Below, one piece after another: positions 53,401-64,000 of a stretch of 64,000 nucleotides of DNA. The notes beneath the pieces were generated by a model. It was not told the origin of the DNA. It did not search any database and was given only the letters and a program-made list of their open reading frames with translations. Source of the DNA: Eledone cirrhosa (Eukaryota); the NCBI GenBank assembly GCA_964016885.1, contig OZ024741.1, forward strand, positions 95,542,001 to 95,606,000, in the 5' to 3' direction. Within the stretch, counting starts at the first letter, position 1, and the number at the start of each line of letters is the position of its first letter. The position numbers were made by a program, and so were the translations under genes.

Positions 53401-54024
53401 TGGTCACCTTGCCAGGATGAAGGATTCTAGAATACCAAAACAACTCTTCTATGGAGAGTTGGTTAAAGGAAAACGACCGCCACATAAACCAAAAAAGAGG
53501 TATAAGGATTCCTTGAAGGCCTCTCTGAAAGACGCTAACATCTCTGCTGATGCATGGGAAAATATTGCTGCTGATCGTAATAAATGGAGAAAGACTGTAT
53601 ATGAGGGAAAAGTTGCCTTTGAGGCATCTCGAATCGCACACGAGAAAGTAAAGCGGGACGTGAGGAAGGGTATTGCTGTTGCACTTCCAGACGGCGAGGG
53701 TCCTCCTATGTTTCTGACATGCAGCGTCTGTGCGAGACTCTGCCTAAGCAAAGCTGGACTCGAAAGTCATCTTCGCAGTCATAAAGTAAGACCAGTGGTT
53801 GACTACCAGGCTGCTGTTGGAGATGCTACTCATCATGCTTGCCAAACATGTGGTAGAGAATGTAAATCAGCAGGAGGACTCAAGCGACATGCAAAAGTAC
53901 ACGAACTCCAACCACAGCCGACTATTCCCAGTAAATGTTTTGGTTGCCGACTCTGTGCGAGACATTTTGGATCATTGGCTGGGCTAAAAAGCCACATTCG
54001 ATCGCAGCACTGTTAGTTGCTATC

Positions 54025-54062
<38 letters not shown>

Positions 54063-54141
54063 GCTTATGTGCGTGCGTGTGTGTGTATATATATATGAAT
54101 ATGTATATTATTATTGTTGTTGTCGTTATTATTATTATTGC

Positions 54142-54217
<76 letters not shown>

Positions 54218-54256
54218 TGTGCAATGGCCATACTCGATAACGAGGGGGCAGCCATC
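50078..54256 (+). mobile_element. RTE-clade LINE with an intact ORF and a (TATG)n tail
   Basis: 5'UTR homologous to the 44.4-kb mini-element, a single long ORF, and a 3' stem-loop CTCGATAACGAG followed by (ATGT)n. The true 5' boundary is uncertain because of the poly-T upstream. Confidence 0.92.
50471..54016 (+). CDS. RTE polyprotein: APE endonuclease, reverse transcriptase and three C2H2 zinc fingers (1181 aa)
   Basis: APE motifs WNVRTL, VALSETR, VYAPT, GDFNARVG, LDYVLV, TDHRLV. RT motifs YRGISLLS, QSGFR, FVDLTKAFDTV, GVKQGD, LYADD, YLGS. Fingers CSVC..HLRSH, CQTC..HAKVH, CRLC..HIRSQH. Confidence 0.95.
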   Translation: MMFQNNVNEIIANLGSGTKKIIGNKGRGPKLSQPGPARHRAIVIEPNRAFSLGCWNVRTLLDRDSLERPERRTALVAKELRRYDLDIVALSETRLAGDGHLTEFCGEYTFFWKGRDEGTRREAGVGFAVKTVLVNKLEEFPVGISERLMSMRVPLDKGRYATLVSVYAPTMNSVDEEKLSFYHALKGVLRNIPQADKVIVLGDFNARVGRDFNTWNVIGRHGVGKCNSNGMLLLQMCEELDLCVTNTMFQQKNKFKTTWMHPASKEWHLLDYVLVRMRDRQDVRCVRVLRGAECWTDHRLVRAKVNLITKRKIRAPGVALPKRLNAARLEDKNVKRTLEEEMQAADLGEDWPTLKKSVYDVGRRVLGLVQRKHQDWFNEKDVHIDDLLADKRRALSRYLTARPQERNTLHEELRDVKSRVRRSLSQMKDQWWSEKAGEIQTASDCNNTKLLYSLLREVYGPSSSLVTPIRSRDGKELLRDSQGILRRWREHFDDLLNQPSVVSEDFLNLIPESPVKVALAEPPTLVEVAVAISKLNSGRSPGMDGIHAELLQYGGERLLQHLHSLFGRIWANESVPEDWRDAVMVVLYKGKGNRNDCGNYRGISLLSVVGKVLCRVLLDRLLTHIADCVLPESQSGFRVGRGTTDMIFSARQLQEKCIEQGLNLYQVFVDLTKAFDTVNRDALWKVLQKLGCPDKFLALVRSFHDDMKAWVNVGGNMSEPISVKNGVKQGDIPAPTLFAIYFAMVFCVAFRNCEHGVYIRYRTSGSIFNIRRFAAKTKVFTSVIRDLLYADDCDLVAHTESDMQHILNVFSDACTALGLTVSLKKTVVMYQPAPGGQYTEPNIYVYGKRLGVVDQFVYLGSTVNRYGNLDGEISLRIRKASDAFGKLERRLWGRRDICRRTKVRVYRACVLSCLLYACETWVTYRRHLKQLERFHQMCLRRIHGVRWRDHISDVEILESSMCDSIEALVLKQRLRWSGHLARMKDSRIPKQLFYGELVKGKRPPHKPKKRYKDSLKASLKDANISADAWENIAADRNKWRKTVYEGKVAFEASRIAHEKVKRDVRKGIAVALPDGEGPPMFLTCSVCARLCLSKAGLESHLRSHKVRPVVDYQAAVGDATHHACQTCGRECKSAGGLKRHAKVHELQPQPTIPSKCFGCRLCARHFGSLAGLKSHIRSQHC

Positions 54257-54325
54257 ATGTATGTATGTATGTATGTATGTATGTATGTATGTGTGTATGT
54301 ATGTGTGTGTGTGTGTGTGTGTGTA

Positions 54326-54414
<89 letters not shown>

Positions 54415-54514
54415 ATGTGTGTATGTATGTGTGTGTGTGTATGTATGTCTGTCTGTCTGTCTGTGTGTGTGCATGATTATGTATGTATGTATGTATGTAT
54501 GTGTGTGTGTGTGT

Positions 54515-54580
<66 letters not shown>

Positions 54581-54613
54581 ATGTATGTATGTGTATATAT
54601 GTATGTATGTATG
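54257..54613. repeat. (TATG)n/(TG)n compound microsatellite
   Basis: Direct inspection. Similar tracts lie at 58667-58910, 59141-59895, 60277-60334 and 61861-62358. Confidence 0.95.
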
Positions 54614-57600
54614 TTATCTCTTTCTCTTAATTTCGAGTATATTTTTTTTGACCGGCCACCTTCCTGGTGGCAAGGTTGTAAAAGAAAAGAAATTGTCATC
54701 CCTTGAATCGCAAGAATGTTTTGCAAATTTTGAAGGTGCCAGCTATCGCAGCCATTTGTAGTCTATGAATTAGGGAGCTGCGCTTTTTGTCCGCAAATCC
54801 AAGTTCAGTCATACTTTGGTCCAAGCGGGTTGGTATATAACCCGTAGCTCCAATAATGATGGGTATGAAGCTAAAGGTGTATCTTGGATACTGGATTTGT
54901 AAACTCCTCATCAATGGTCCGTAAATGTCCTCCTTCTCCTGTATTTTTCTGACAACGTTTACATCAAGTGGGCAGCTGATCTCCACAACAGAACACGTTT
55001 TCAATGTGTGGTCCTAAACAACAATATCAGGCCGGTTGTGCTTTTATTTGGTGGCAGTTTTTATTTTCAGGTTCCACCAGTATTCCTTAGTGCCATCTGT
55101 CTCAATATATTCCTCCTCGTTTGTTGTTAATTTTGTTTTCCGAAGTGCGTTCCAGATGGTTCTAGCTATCCCATCGTGTCTCATGGGGAGGTAGTAGCGA
55201 GATGACATTCTTTCGAAGCTGGCAACAATGTGGCTTACATCCTCGATCTTTGTTTTACATAGCCTACATTTATTGTCAGCTGCAGGCCCTCCTCTTTTGT
55301 GCAGCAGATATTTGGTAGGGAGTTCTTGTTCCTGTATTGCATAGAGATATCCCTCAAGGTGTGATGTCATAAACTTGTCGGAACTCCATGCCAGGCTTTT
55401 GAGTGGTTTATCCCCTCTATGGTCTGTGTTTTACGCCTCAAGTATCCATGCACAACTTTTTCTGTAAATTGGTCAATTTTTTTTATCTTGTTTGAACATT
55501 GAATAGGATCTTCCAATTTCTCTGGGTGAGAGATTTATATCAGGCTTTATTCCATATCTCTCCTCCAGATCAGTCGCTATTCTAATGATATTTTTTTTTT
55601 CATGCTCATAAACCTGGGCAAGATGGTTGTCAACCTTTTTCCTCTGTTGAAGGTGTTGCTTTAGTGTTACTATCCGGGTCTCATATGTTGTTAATATTGA
55701 TTTTAGACCCGGCCACCTTCCTTGCGTGAGAAGTATAGCCTATCCACATCACCATTGATGTTAAAGTTCCCAGTAACACTGAGAAGTTTTCGAGTTCTAA
55801 CATCCATCTCACTTAGTTCTTGCAATGACCAGTTCAGCAGGCCAAATGTTGGCGTTAGAATTGGCACAGCATAAGTATTGTGGGCAATGTATTTGTTGTA
55901 TGCTGACAGTTCTGATGACCATATTTTCTTTACTCTTCTGAGGTATTCAGTTCTGGTTCTCTCCTTATTTATGGGTCCATCATATCTGACATTCTCATCC
56001 TGTCCAAGATATCTGTAGTTGTCACCTGACTGCAGAGGTTGTATTGTCAGGCCGTTCATCTCTAGATTTCTAGAGGAGGGCACAGCTCTTCCACGTTTTA
56101 CTGCCAAATATGCACACTTGGACTCACCAAATCTCATTTTGATGTCGGTTGAAAATTGTGTAATGAGGTCCAATTGTTTCTTGATGTCATTGATATTCGG
56201 CCCATACAACTTCAGGTCATCAACAAAGAAAAGATGGGAGATACTTCTGGGCCCACTTCTTTGTCCACCTTGTTTCCTGAGTAGGTAAGATAGTGGATTC
56301 AGTGAGAGAACGAAGAGTAGCACTGAGAAGCTATAACCCTGAAAGATTCCCTTCTGGTAATGTATCTTATCAGTTTTAACTTGCTCCTTCTCACCTCTAA
56401 GGATCAAATTGGTGTACCAGTTCTTGGTCAGGCGTTCAACAGCAGCTACCAATGGTTGTGGGACTTTAGCTAACTGTAAAGCCTTAATAATCCACCCATG
56501 AGGTACACTATCAAATGCTTTTTGATAGTACAGCCACACCACAGTCATGTTTCTGCGATTCTTTGTTGTTTTTTTTTCTGAATCATTTTGTTAGTTAGTA
56601 GGTGATCTATGCACCCCCCCACACCTCCCTCTTTCCACCAGCTTGCTCAGGTGTTATGATGTTGTTGGTAGCACAGTGATCCTGTAAGAACAGGTTAAGG
56701 CACCCAGTATATCATTTATACATGATGTTTTGGCAGGCTATTGGGCGGTAATTTTTAGCAAGGGTGGTTTGGCTATTTTTGGGAATGAGGAGAGTAGTGG
56801 CAGTTGATAACCAACTGGGCAGTTCTTGTGTGCCTTTAATGGTTTCTGTAAACAACGGTATGAGATCTTGCCGATAGAAAGTGAAATTCTTCAACCAGTA
56901 TCCTGTAATGAGGTCTGGGCCTGGCGATTTCCTATTCGACATTTTCTGTAGAGCTGTTTCCAGTATTGACCCATCTATGTCATATTGTTTTATCTGGTCA
57001 TGTTGGCAGTAGTCCTGTTCCAGTTCTTTTAGCCAATTAGTTTGTCTGTTGAATCCGTCATCCGTTTCCCATACAGATCTCCAGTAGCTCTCAACCTGTT
57101 CTTTTGAAGGGGTGTCGTTTACATGGATTGAGCTTTTGCCACCGAAGCTGCGATAAACTGATTTAGGATCTCTGGCAAACAATCTATTTAGCACGTGTCG
57201 TTTATGTGCTGTTGACTTATATTTTAGTCTTTCTGTTGTAGCTGTGTGTTGTTGTTTCAACTGGTGTAATTTGGAGTTCAAAGTTTTAAATTTTGTATCT
57301 CCAAATCGTCTCTCTAACTTTTTCTTTAGGTCTTCCTGGTGTCGTGTGAAATTGCTCTCTATGTTGCATTTCATAACGACTGCGATGTGTGAGATACTTC
57401 GTCTCAGGGACAAGATTTTGGTTTTTAAATTTCGCATCCACGCTGGTTCAGGCTTTCTGTTTGTATCTTGATTGCGTGGTTTTAGATGTGTGTTATATGA
57501 TAGCAATGTGACAGCTGAAACATATAACAAAACATTAAGCGTTTCAAATGTCGTTTCTACACCTTTAGATCGTATAGCTTTCAGATAATTGCCAGCTATT

Positions 57601-58664
57601 TCGTTCACCGCTTCCAATTCCAATTTAGTGGGTTCTTTACTGACTCTAGTGTTGTATGGTCTGTCACTCACATTAAGGCTGTGTATCTCTTGAAACATAT
57701 CGTTCCATATCACTTGTAGGGTGTCCACAAGTTTTTGGTGCTCTGTTTGTTCAGTAGAGTCATGAATTTCAGCCTCGTTGTTGATGTGGTGACAATTACT
57801 ACTAGAGTTAGCTGACCTTTCTCGCTGTTCTTCAGTGGAAGTGGGATGGATTTCAGCAAAATTGTTGGTGAGCTGTTCACTGTTAGATTTAGCTGGCCAT
57901 TCTCTTTGCCTGTCAGTGGAGGTGGGGTGGTTGTCTACAAGGGCTGTATTTGTAGTATCACTCAATTCCGTTAGATGTATCAATTTACATCTAATGATAC
58001 GTTTTGCCTGTTCATTTAAATGCTTTGGAGAAAAGTCTAATTCTGGGTGTTTGGAGTTCCATAAAGTTTTTAGCCTTTGCATAAAACCGAACTTTTGGGG
58101 TTCAGATTGTTTGTATGCTTCATATAATACTTTGTTAAGCTCGTAGCTCCACTGTATACAACGGTTGTAGTTGCGATATGGTCGAAGGAGACTTGTACTT
58201 TTTGCCATGATGAGTTCGTCTATTCACTAATATTTCGTATTTATTTTTCAAAATAGTCGATGATCTTCTTTAAAAGTTTCGACAAAGTTCTGTCAGAATC
58301 AAATTTAAAGTTATTCACAGCTTGGGTAATATTTCTTTTCAGTTAGTTTTTAATTCTACAACTGTGTTTTAAACGTTGTTCTTGAATCGTTTGAATCGAG
58401 AACAAAAAGAACCGTTACTTAGTATATTTCTTTATGAATGTAATATAATATAACAACACTGTATTTATATGTTAAAGTTTATGTATAATTCATATAAATA
58501 GGTGTTTTACAACACACTTACAGTTCAAACACTTATGTAGAATTATTGTATGTAATCTTACCGCGTAATGTAGCGCAACTTTTTCCAATATATGGTATGT
58601 TGCCTTCATGTAAGCCGTAATTACACACGTCCGATTATCGGACACTGACCACAACGGTCGCCAT

Positions 58665-58666
<2 letters not shown>
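54614..58666 (-). mobile_element. Near full-length R4/Dong-like RLE non-LTR retrotransposon, frameshifted
   Basis: The broken ORF carries KSPGPDLITGYWLK, NYRPIAC, KAFDSVPH, GIFQG, HLFFVDDLKLY, YRYLG, RLYFSRKEGGR, CRLC..HIV and VVEISCP. The 5' leader is about 460 bp. Both ends abut (TATG)n. Confidence 0.9.
54696..58208 (-). pseudogene. Disrupted RT plus CCHC plus restriction-like endonuclease ORF of the Dong-like element
   Basis: ORF pieces 56712-58208, 55703-56548, 55044-55370 and 54696-55004 are collinear parts of one protein. Copy 3 retains the intact motif KHNRPDIVVWD..VVEISCP. Confidence 0.88.
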
Positions 58667-58696
<30 letters not shown>

Positions 58697-58910
58697 TGTA
58701 TGTATGTATGTATGTATGTATGTGTGTGTGTATGTATGTATGTATGTATGTATGTATGTATGTATGTATGTATGTATGTATGTATGTATGTATGTATGTA
58801 TGTATGTGTCTGTCTGTCTGTCTGTGCGTGTGCGTGTGTATGTATGTATGTATGTATGTATGTATGTATGTATGTATGTATGTATGTATGTATGTATGTA
58901 TGTATGTATG

Positions 58911-59140
58911 TTATCTCTTTCTCTTAATTTCGAGTATATTTTTTTTGACCGGCCACCTTCCTGGTGGCAAGGTTGTAAAAGAAAAGAAATTGTCATCCCT
59001 TGAATCGCAAGAATGTTTTGCAAATTTTGAAGGTGCCAGCTATTGCAGCCATTTGTAGTCTATGAATTAGGGAGCTGCGCTTTTTGTCCGCAAATCCAAG
59101 TTCAGTCATACTTTGGTCCAAGCGGGTTGGTATATAACCC
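58911..59140 (-). mobile_element. Dong-like element copy 2 (230-bp 3' end)
   Basis: Almost identical to 54614-54843. (TATG)n on both sides. Confidence 0.92.
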
Positions 59141-59169
59141 ATGTATGTATGTATGTATGTATGTATGTA

Positions 59170-59206
<37 letters not shown>

Positions 59207-59223
59207 ATGTATGTATGTATGTA

Positions 59224-59276
<53 letters not shown>

Positions 59277-59577
59277 ATGTATGTATGTATGTATGTATGT
59301 ATGTATGTATGTGTGTGTATGTATGTATGTATGTATGTATGTGTGTGTGTGTGTGTATGTGTGTGTGTATGTATGTATGTATGTATGTATGTAAGTATGT
59401 GTATGTCTGTCTGTCTGTCTGTCTGTGTGTGCGTGTGTATGTATGTATGTATGTATGTATGTATGTATGTATGTGTGTATGTGTGTGTGTATGTATGTAT
59501 GTAAGTATGCCTGCATGTATGTATGTATGTATGTGTGTGTATGTAAGTATGTATGTATGTATGTATGTATGTATGCA

Positions 59578-59610
<33 letters not shown>

Positions 59611-59771
59611 ATGTATGTATGTATGTATGTATGTATGTATGTATGTGTGTATGTATATATGTATGTGTGTATGTATGTATGTATGCATGTATGTGTGTGT
59701 GTGTATGTATGTATGTATGTATGTATGTATGTATGTATGTATGTATGTGTGTATGTATGTATGTGTGTATG

Positions 59772-59805
<34 letters not shown>

Positions 59806-59895
59806 TGTGTGTATGTATGTATGTGTGTATGTATATATGTATGTATGTATGTATGTGTGTATGTATGTATGTATATATGTGTGTATGTATGTATG

Positions 59896-60276
59896 TTCTT
59901 CTGGTTTTATAATTTCACAAAGTTTTACCAATAGAGAGAGGGTCGGTTTCTAACATAGACACAAGACTCTCTCAATGGAATTTACACAACATCAACTAGG
60001 TAGATATGAATGCATGCATGCATGCATGTGTAGATATGGATGTTATTGTATGTGTGGATGTGTATCTTTTGAGTTGTATGTGTGATGTGTATATGCTTTG
60101 TATCTGTACATGTGTATATGCAGTTATTAGATGCAAAATTTTTGGAATGTTTTACATATTTTTACTGTTCCATTAATGGATTGTACTTGTAATTTCCTAA
60201 CTAGTTGTGTTCTTTCTGTTCCTGTGAAGCCTAGCTTCTCAAGATTTGTATTGAGGCAGTTACTAACATATCCCAG
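59896..60276 (-). mobile_element. 3' end of a second, diverged Dong-like subfamily
   Basis: LGYVSNCLNTNLEKLGF..RKLQVQSINGTVKICKTFQKF aligns with TGYIPTRLDQSMTELGF..HRLQMAAIAGTFKICKTFLRF. The 3'UTR differs. (TATG)n on both sides. Confidence 0.8.
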
Positions 60277-60334
60277 TGTATGTATGTATGTATGTATGTA
60301 TGTATGTATGTATGTATGTATGTATGTATGTATG

Positions 60335-61860
60335 TTTTCTCTTTCTCTTAATTTTGAGTATATTTTTTTGACCGGCCACCTTCCTGGTGGCAAGGTTGTA
60401 AAAGAAAAGAAATTGTCATCCCTTGAATCGCAAGAACGTCTTGCAAACTTTGAAGGTGCCAGCTATCGCAGCCATTTGTAGACTATGAATTAGGGAGCTG
60501 CGCTTTTTGTCCGCAAATCCAAGTTCAGTCATACTTTGGTCCAAGCGGGTTGGTATATAACCCGTAGCACCAATAATGATGGGTATGAAGCTAAAGGTGT
60601 ATCTTGGATACTGGATTTGTAAACTCCTCATCAATGGTCCGTAGATGTCCTCCTTCTCCTGTATTTTTCTGACAACGTTTACATCAAGTGGGCAGCTGAT
60701 CTCCACAACAGAACACGTTTTCAATGTGTGGTCCCAAACCACAATATCAGGCCGGTTGTGCTTTAATCTGGTGGCAGTTTCTACCTTCAGGTTCCACCAG
60801 TATTCCTTAGTGCCATCTGTCTCAATATATTCTTCCTCGTTTGTTGTTAATTTTGTTTTCCGAAGTGCGTTCCAGATGGTTCTAGCTATCCCATCGTGTC
60901 TCATGGGGAGGTAGTAGCGAGATGACATTCTTTCGCAGCTGGCAACAATGTGGCTTACATCCTCGATCTTTGTTTTACATAGCCTACATTTATTGTCAGC
61001 TGCTGGCCCTCCTCTTTTGTGCAGCAGATATTTGGTAGGGAGTTCTTGTTCCTGTATTGCATAGAGATATCCCTCAAGGTGTGATGTCATAAACTTGTCG
61101 GAACTCCATGCCAGGCTTTTTGAGTGGTTTATCCCCTCTATGGTCTGTGTTTTACGCCTCAAGTATCCATGCACAACTTTTTCTGTAAATTGGTCAATTT
61201 TTTTTATCTTGTTTGAACATTGAATAGGATCTTCCGATTTCTCTGGGTGAGAGATTTATATCGGGCTTTATTCCATATCTCTCCTCCAGATCAGTCGCTA
61301 TTCTAATGATATTTCTTTTTTCATGCTCATAAACCTGGGCAAGATGGTTGCCAACCTTTTTCCTCTGTTGAAGGTGTTGCTTCAGTGTCACTATCCGGGT
61401 CTCATTGGTTGTTAATATTGATTTTAGACCCCGGCCACCTTCCTTGCGTGAGAAGTATAGCCTATCCACATCACCATTGATGTTAAAGTTCCCAGTAACA
61501 CTGAGAAGTTTTCGAGTTCTAACATCCATCTCACTTAGTTCTTGCAATGACCAGTTCAGTAGGCCAAATGTTGGCGTTAGAATTGGCACAGCATAAGTAT
61601 TGTGGGCAATGTATTTGTTGTATGCTGACAGTTCTGATGACCATATTTTCTTTACTCTTCTGAGGTATTCAGTTCTGGTTTTCTCCTTATTTATGGGTCC
61701 ATCATATCTGACATTCTCATCCTGTCCAAGATATCTGTAGTTGTCACCTGACTGCAGAGGTTGTATTGTCAGGCCGTTCATCTCTAGATTTCTAGAGGAG
61801 GGCACAGCTCTTCCACGTTTTACTGCCAAATATGCACACTTGGACTCACCAAATTTCATT
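60335..61860 (-). mobile_element. Dong-like element copy 3 (1.5 kb, 5'-truncated)
   Basis: Highly similar to 54614-56139 with independent substitutions. Intact CCHC (CRLC..H..SC) and RPD..D..E motif. (TATG)n on both sides. Confidence 0.92.
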
Positions 61861-61921
61861 ATGTATGTATGTATGTATGTATGTATGTACGTTTGTATGT
61901 ATGTATGTATGTATGTATGTA

Positions 61922-61956
<35 letters not shown>

Positions 61957-61987
61957 ATGTATATATGTATGTATGTATGTATGTATG

Positions 61988-62058
<71 letters not shown>

Positions 62059-62101
62059 ATGTGTGTGTATGTATGTATGTGTGTGTGTGTGTGTGTGTAT
62101 G

Positions 62102-62198
<97 letters not shown>

Positions 62199-62203
62199 AT
62201 GTA

Positions 62204-62250
<47 letters not shown>

Positions 62251-62251
62251 A

Positions 62252-62286
<35 letters not shown>

Positions 62287-62358
62287 ATGTATGTATGTAT
62301 GTATGTATGTATGTATGTATGTATGTATGTATGTGTATGTATGTGTGTGTATGTATGT

Positions 62359-62722
62359 AAAAATTCCTTTCCAGAAATAACCTCTGGAAAAAAGAGGGAA
62401 TGTGTGACGTCAGAACGAATATCCTCCACCTCCAACTAACTTACCCTCCACCTCTGGGTCCTGATCGACAGGATGGAGAATACATTGCCCCGTAGGATAG
62501 TGAGGAACAGTCACTTCACCTGGCGGGGCTGGCACCTGCAGGCAGCTAACTCCGCTCCGATAGTAGTGAGTAGCGTTGTGGTCCTGTGGCCAAGAACGCC
62601 GGAAGTCTCCACAGATTCAGACTCTACCACAAACCTATCAGAGAACGGCCGATACTTGGACAGTTTGCCCTCATCGGCCTGGCACGCAGCAGAGCCTGGG
62701 CTGGCAGCCGAACGCACCAGGT
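62359..62722 (-). mobile_element. CRE-like 3' fragment with a (TACA)n tail
   Basis: SAACQADEGKLSKYRPFSDRFVVESESVETSGVLG..LLTTIGAELAACRC aligns with the C-terminus of the element at 32.9 kb. Confidence 0.85.
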
Positions 62723-62741
62723 GGTATCCCCCCCTCCCCCT

Positions 62742-62786
62742 CATCATCATCATCATCACCATCACCACCGCCACCACCATCATCAT

Positions 62787-62821
<35 letters not shown>

Positions 62822-62949
62822 CCACCGTCACCATCATCATCATAATAATCATCATCATCATCATCATCACCACCACCATCATCATAATCACCATAATCAC
62901 CATCGTCATCATCATCATCATCACCATCGTCATCATCATCATCATCATC
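62742..62949. repeat. (CAT/CAC)n microsatellite
   Basis: Direct inspection. Confidence 0.95.
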
Positions 62950-63534
62950 TCTTTCTCCTTTTCTCCTCCTCCTTATTCCTTTTCGTCTTCATCACCTTTG
63001 TTATTGTCCCCCGCCCTATTTCCTTGCTTCGCCCCCTCCCTCCCATTCTATTTCTATCCTCCTTCTTCTTCCCTGATAACATTTAACGTCTTGCATCACA
63101 TGAACCACATTAGCGAGACAAGAAAAATACAAAACAACTCTATCACATTAAGTAAAGTCTTTAGTTTACTATATCGTCGTTGTCCTTTTGAACCAGATGG
63201 TAGGAGAAGTGACTTAAAAAACCAAAATGCTTCTCCATCTTTTCTCCTCCTCTCCTCGAGCATTGGGGTCCCCCGCCCCCTGCCATAAACTTCTCTCACC
63301 CACTACTGCGACGGCCAGTAGCACTTCCACCCCCGCCACCCACCCACCACCACCACCAACAACACTTCCACCACCACCACTACCACCACCACCTCCACCA
63401 CCACCACCACCACCACCACCAACAACACTTCCTGTACGACTACCACCAAAAAACAACATTTCCTATACTACTACCACCACCACCACTAAAAACAACATTT
63501 CCAGCAGCCCCATCACACCATCTGGGTCTGTATT

Positions 63535-63918
63535 ATTGGCAGTATCGGTAGAGGGTCGGACGCCATGCTTTGACGCATAGAGTTACGGCCCTTGCCATTC
63601 TGAGTTCAAATCCCGCCGAGGTTAACTTTGCCTTTCATCCTTACGGGGTCGATAAAATAAAGTACCAGTAATGTACTGGGTAATTGCTGGCCTTGTGCCA
63701 AATGTAGAAACAATTATTAGAAAAGGACGGTGGATTGGCTGTATCGGTAGAGAGTCGGACGCCATGCTTTACAGCATAGAGTTACGTCCTTTTACAGATT
63801 GAGTTCAAATTCCGCCGAGGTTAACTTTGCCTTTCATCCTTACGGGGTTGATAAAATATAGTACCAGTCATGTACTGGGTATTTGCTGACCTTGTGCCAA
63901 AAGTAGAAACAATTATTA
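63535..63918 (+). mobile_element. Two tandem Meta-like SINEs
   Basis: Near-consensus copies at about 63535-63718 and 63725-63918. Confidence 0.9.
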
Positions 63919-64000
63919 GGATAGCGATGTTTGAGTAAACGTTTGGGACTTTAGGCAACAAAACAATGCACAGTAACATTTAACTATCACAAAACTAACA

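Noticed and set aside
61194-62435. 413-aa ORF fusing a CRE 3'UTR, an HTYI repeat and Dong RT sequence
   Set aside because: It is fortuitous read-through across a stop-free (CATA)n tract into a truncated element, not a real chimeric gene.

Overview
AT-rich, microsatellite-rich eukaryotic DNA with no host protein-coding gene that I can support. The SINE families and repeat landscape point to a cephalopod, probably Octopus (inference). The window holds about 20 copies or fragments of a tRNA-derived Meta/MESC-domain-like SINE, non-autonomous Helitrons, piggyBac- and Tigger-type MITEs, and two adjacent satellites: a diverged 50-bp array and an 8.7-kb 40-bp array with 235-bp and ~3.2-kb higher-order structure. 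It also holds several Penelope-type hammerhead ribozyme motifs, some in long palindromes. The right third is a cluster of non-LTR retrotransposons organised around (TATG)n/(CATA)n microsatellites. It contains an intact 1181-aa RTE LINE with three C-terminal C2H2 zinc fingers, a ~600-bp non-autonomous derivative of that family, four R4/Dong-like RLE-type insertions each flanked on both sides by (TATG)n, and CRE-like 3' ends with (TACA)n tails. Most short ORFs in the supplied track are microsatellite artefacts. All calls were made by eye, and boundaries of degenerate repeats are approximate.
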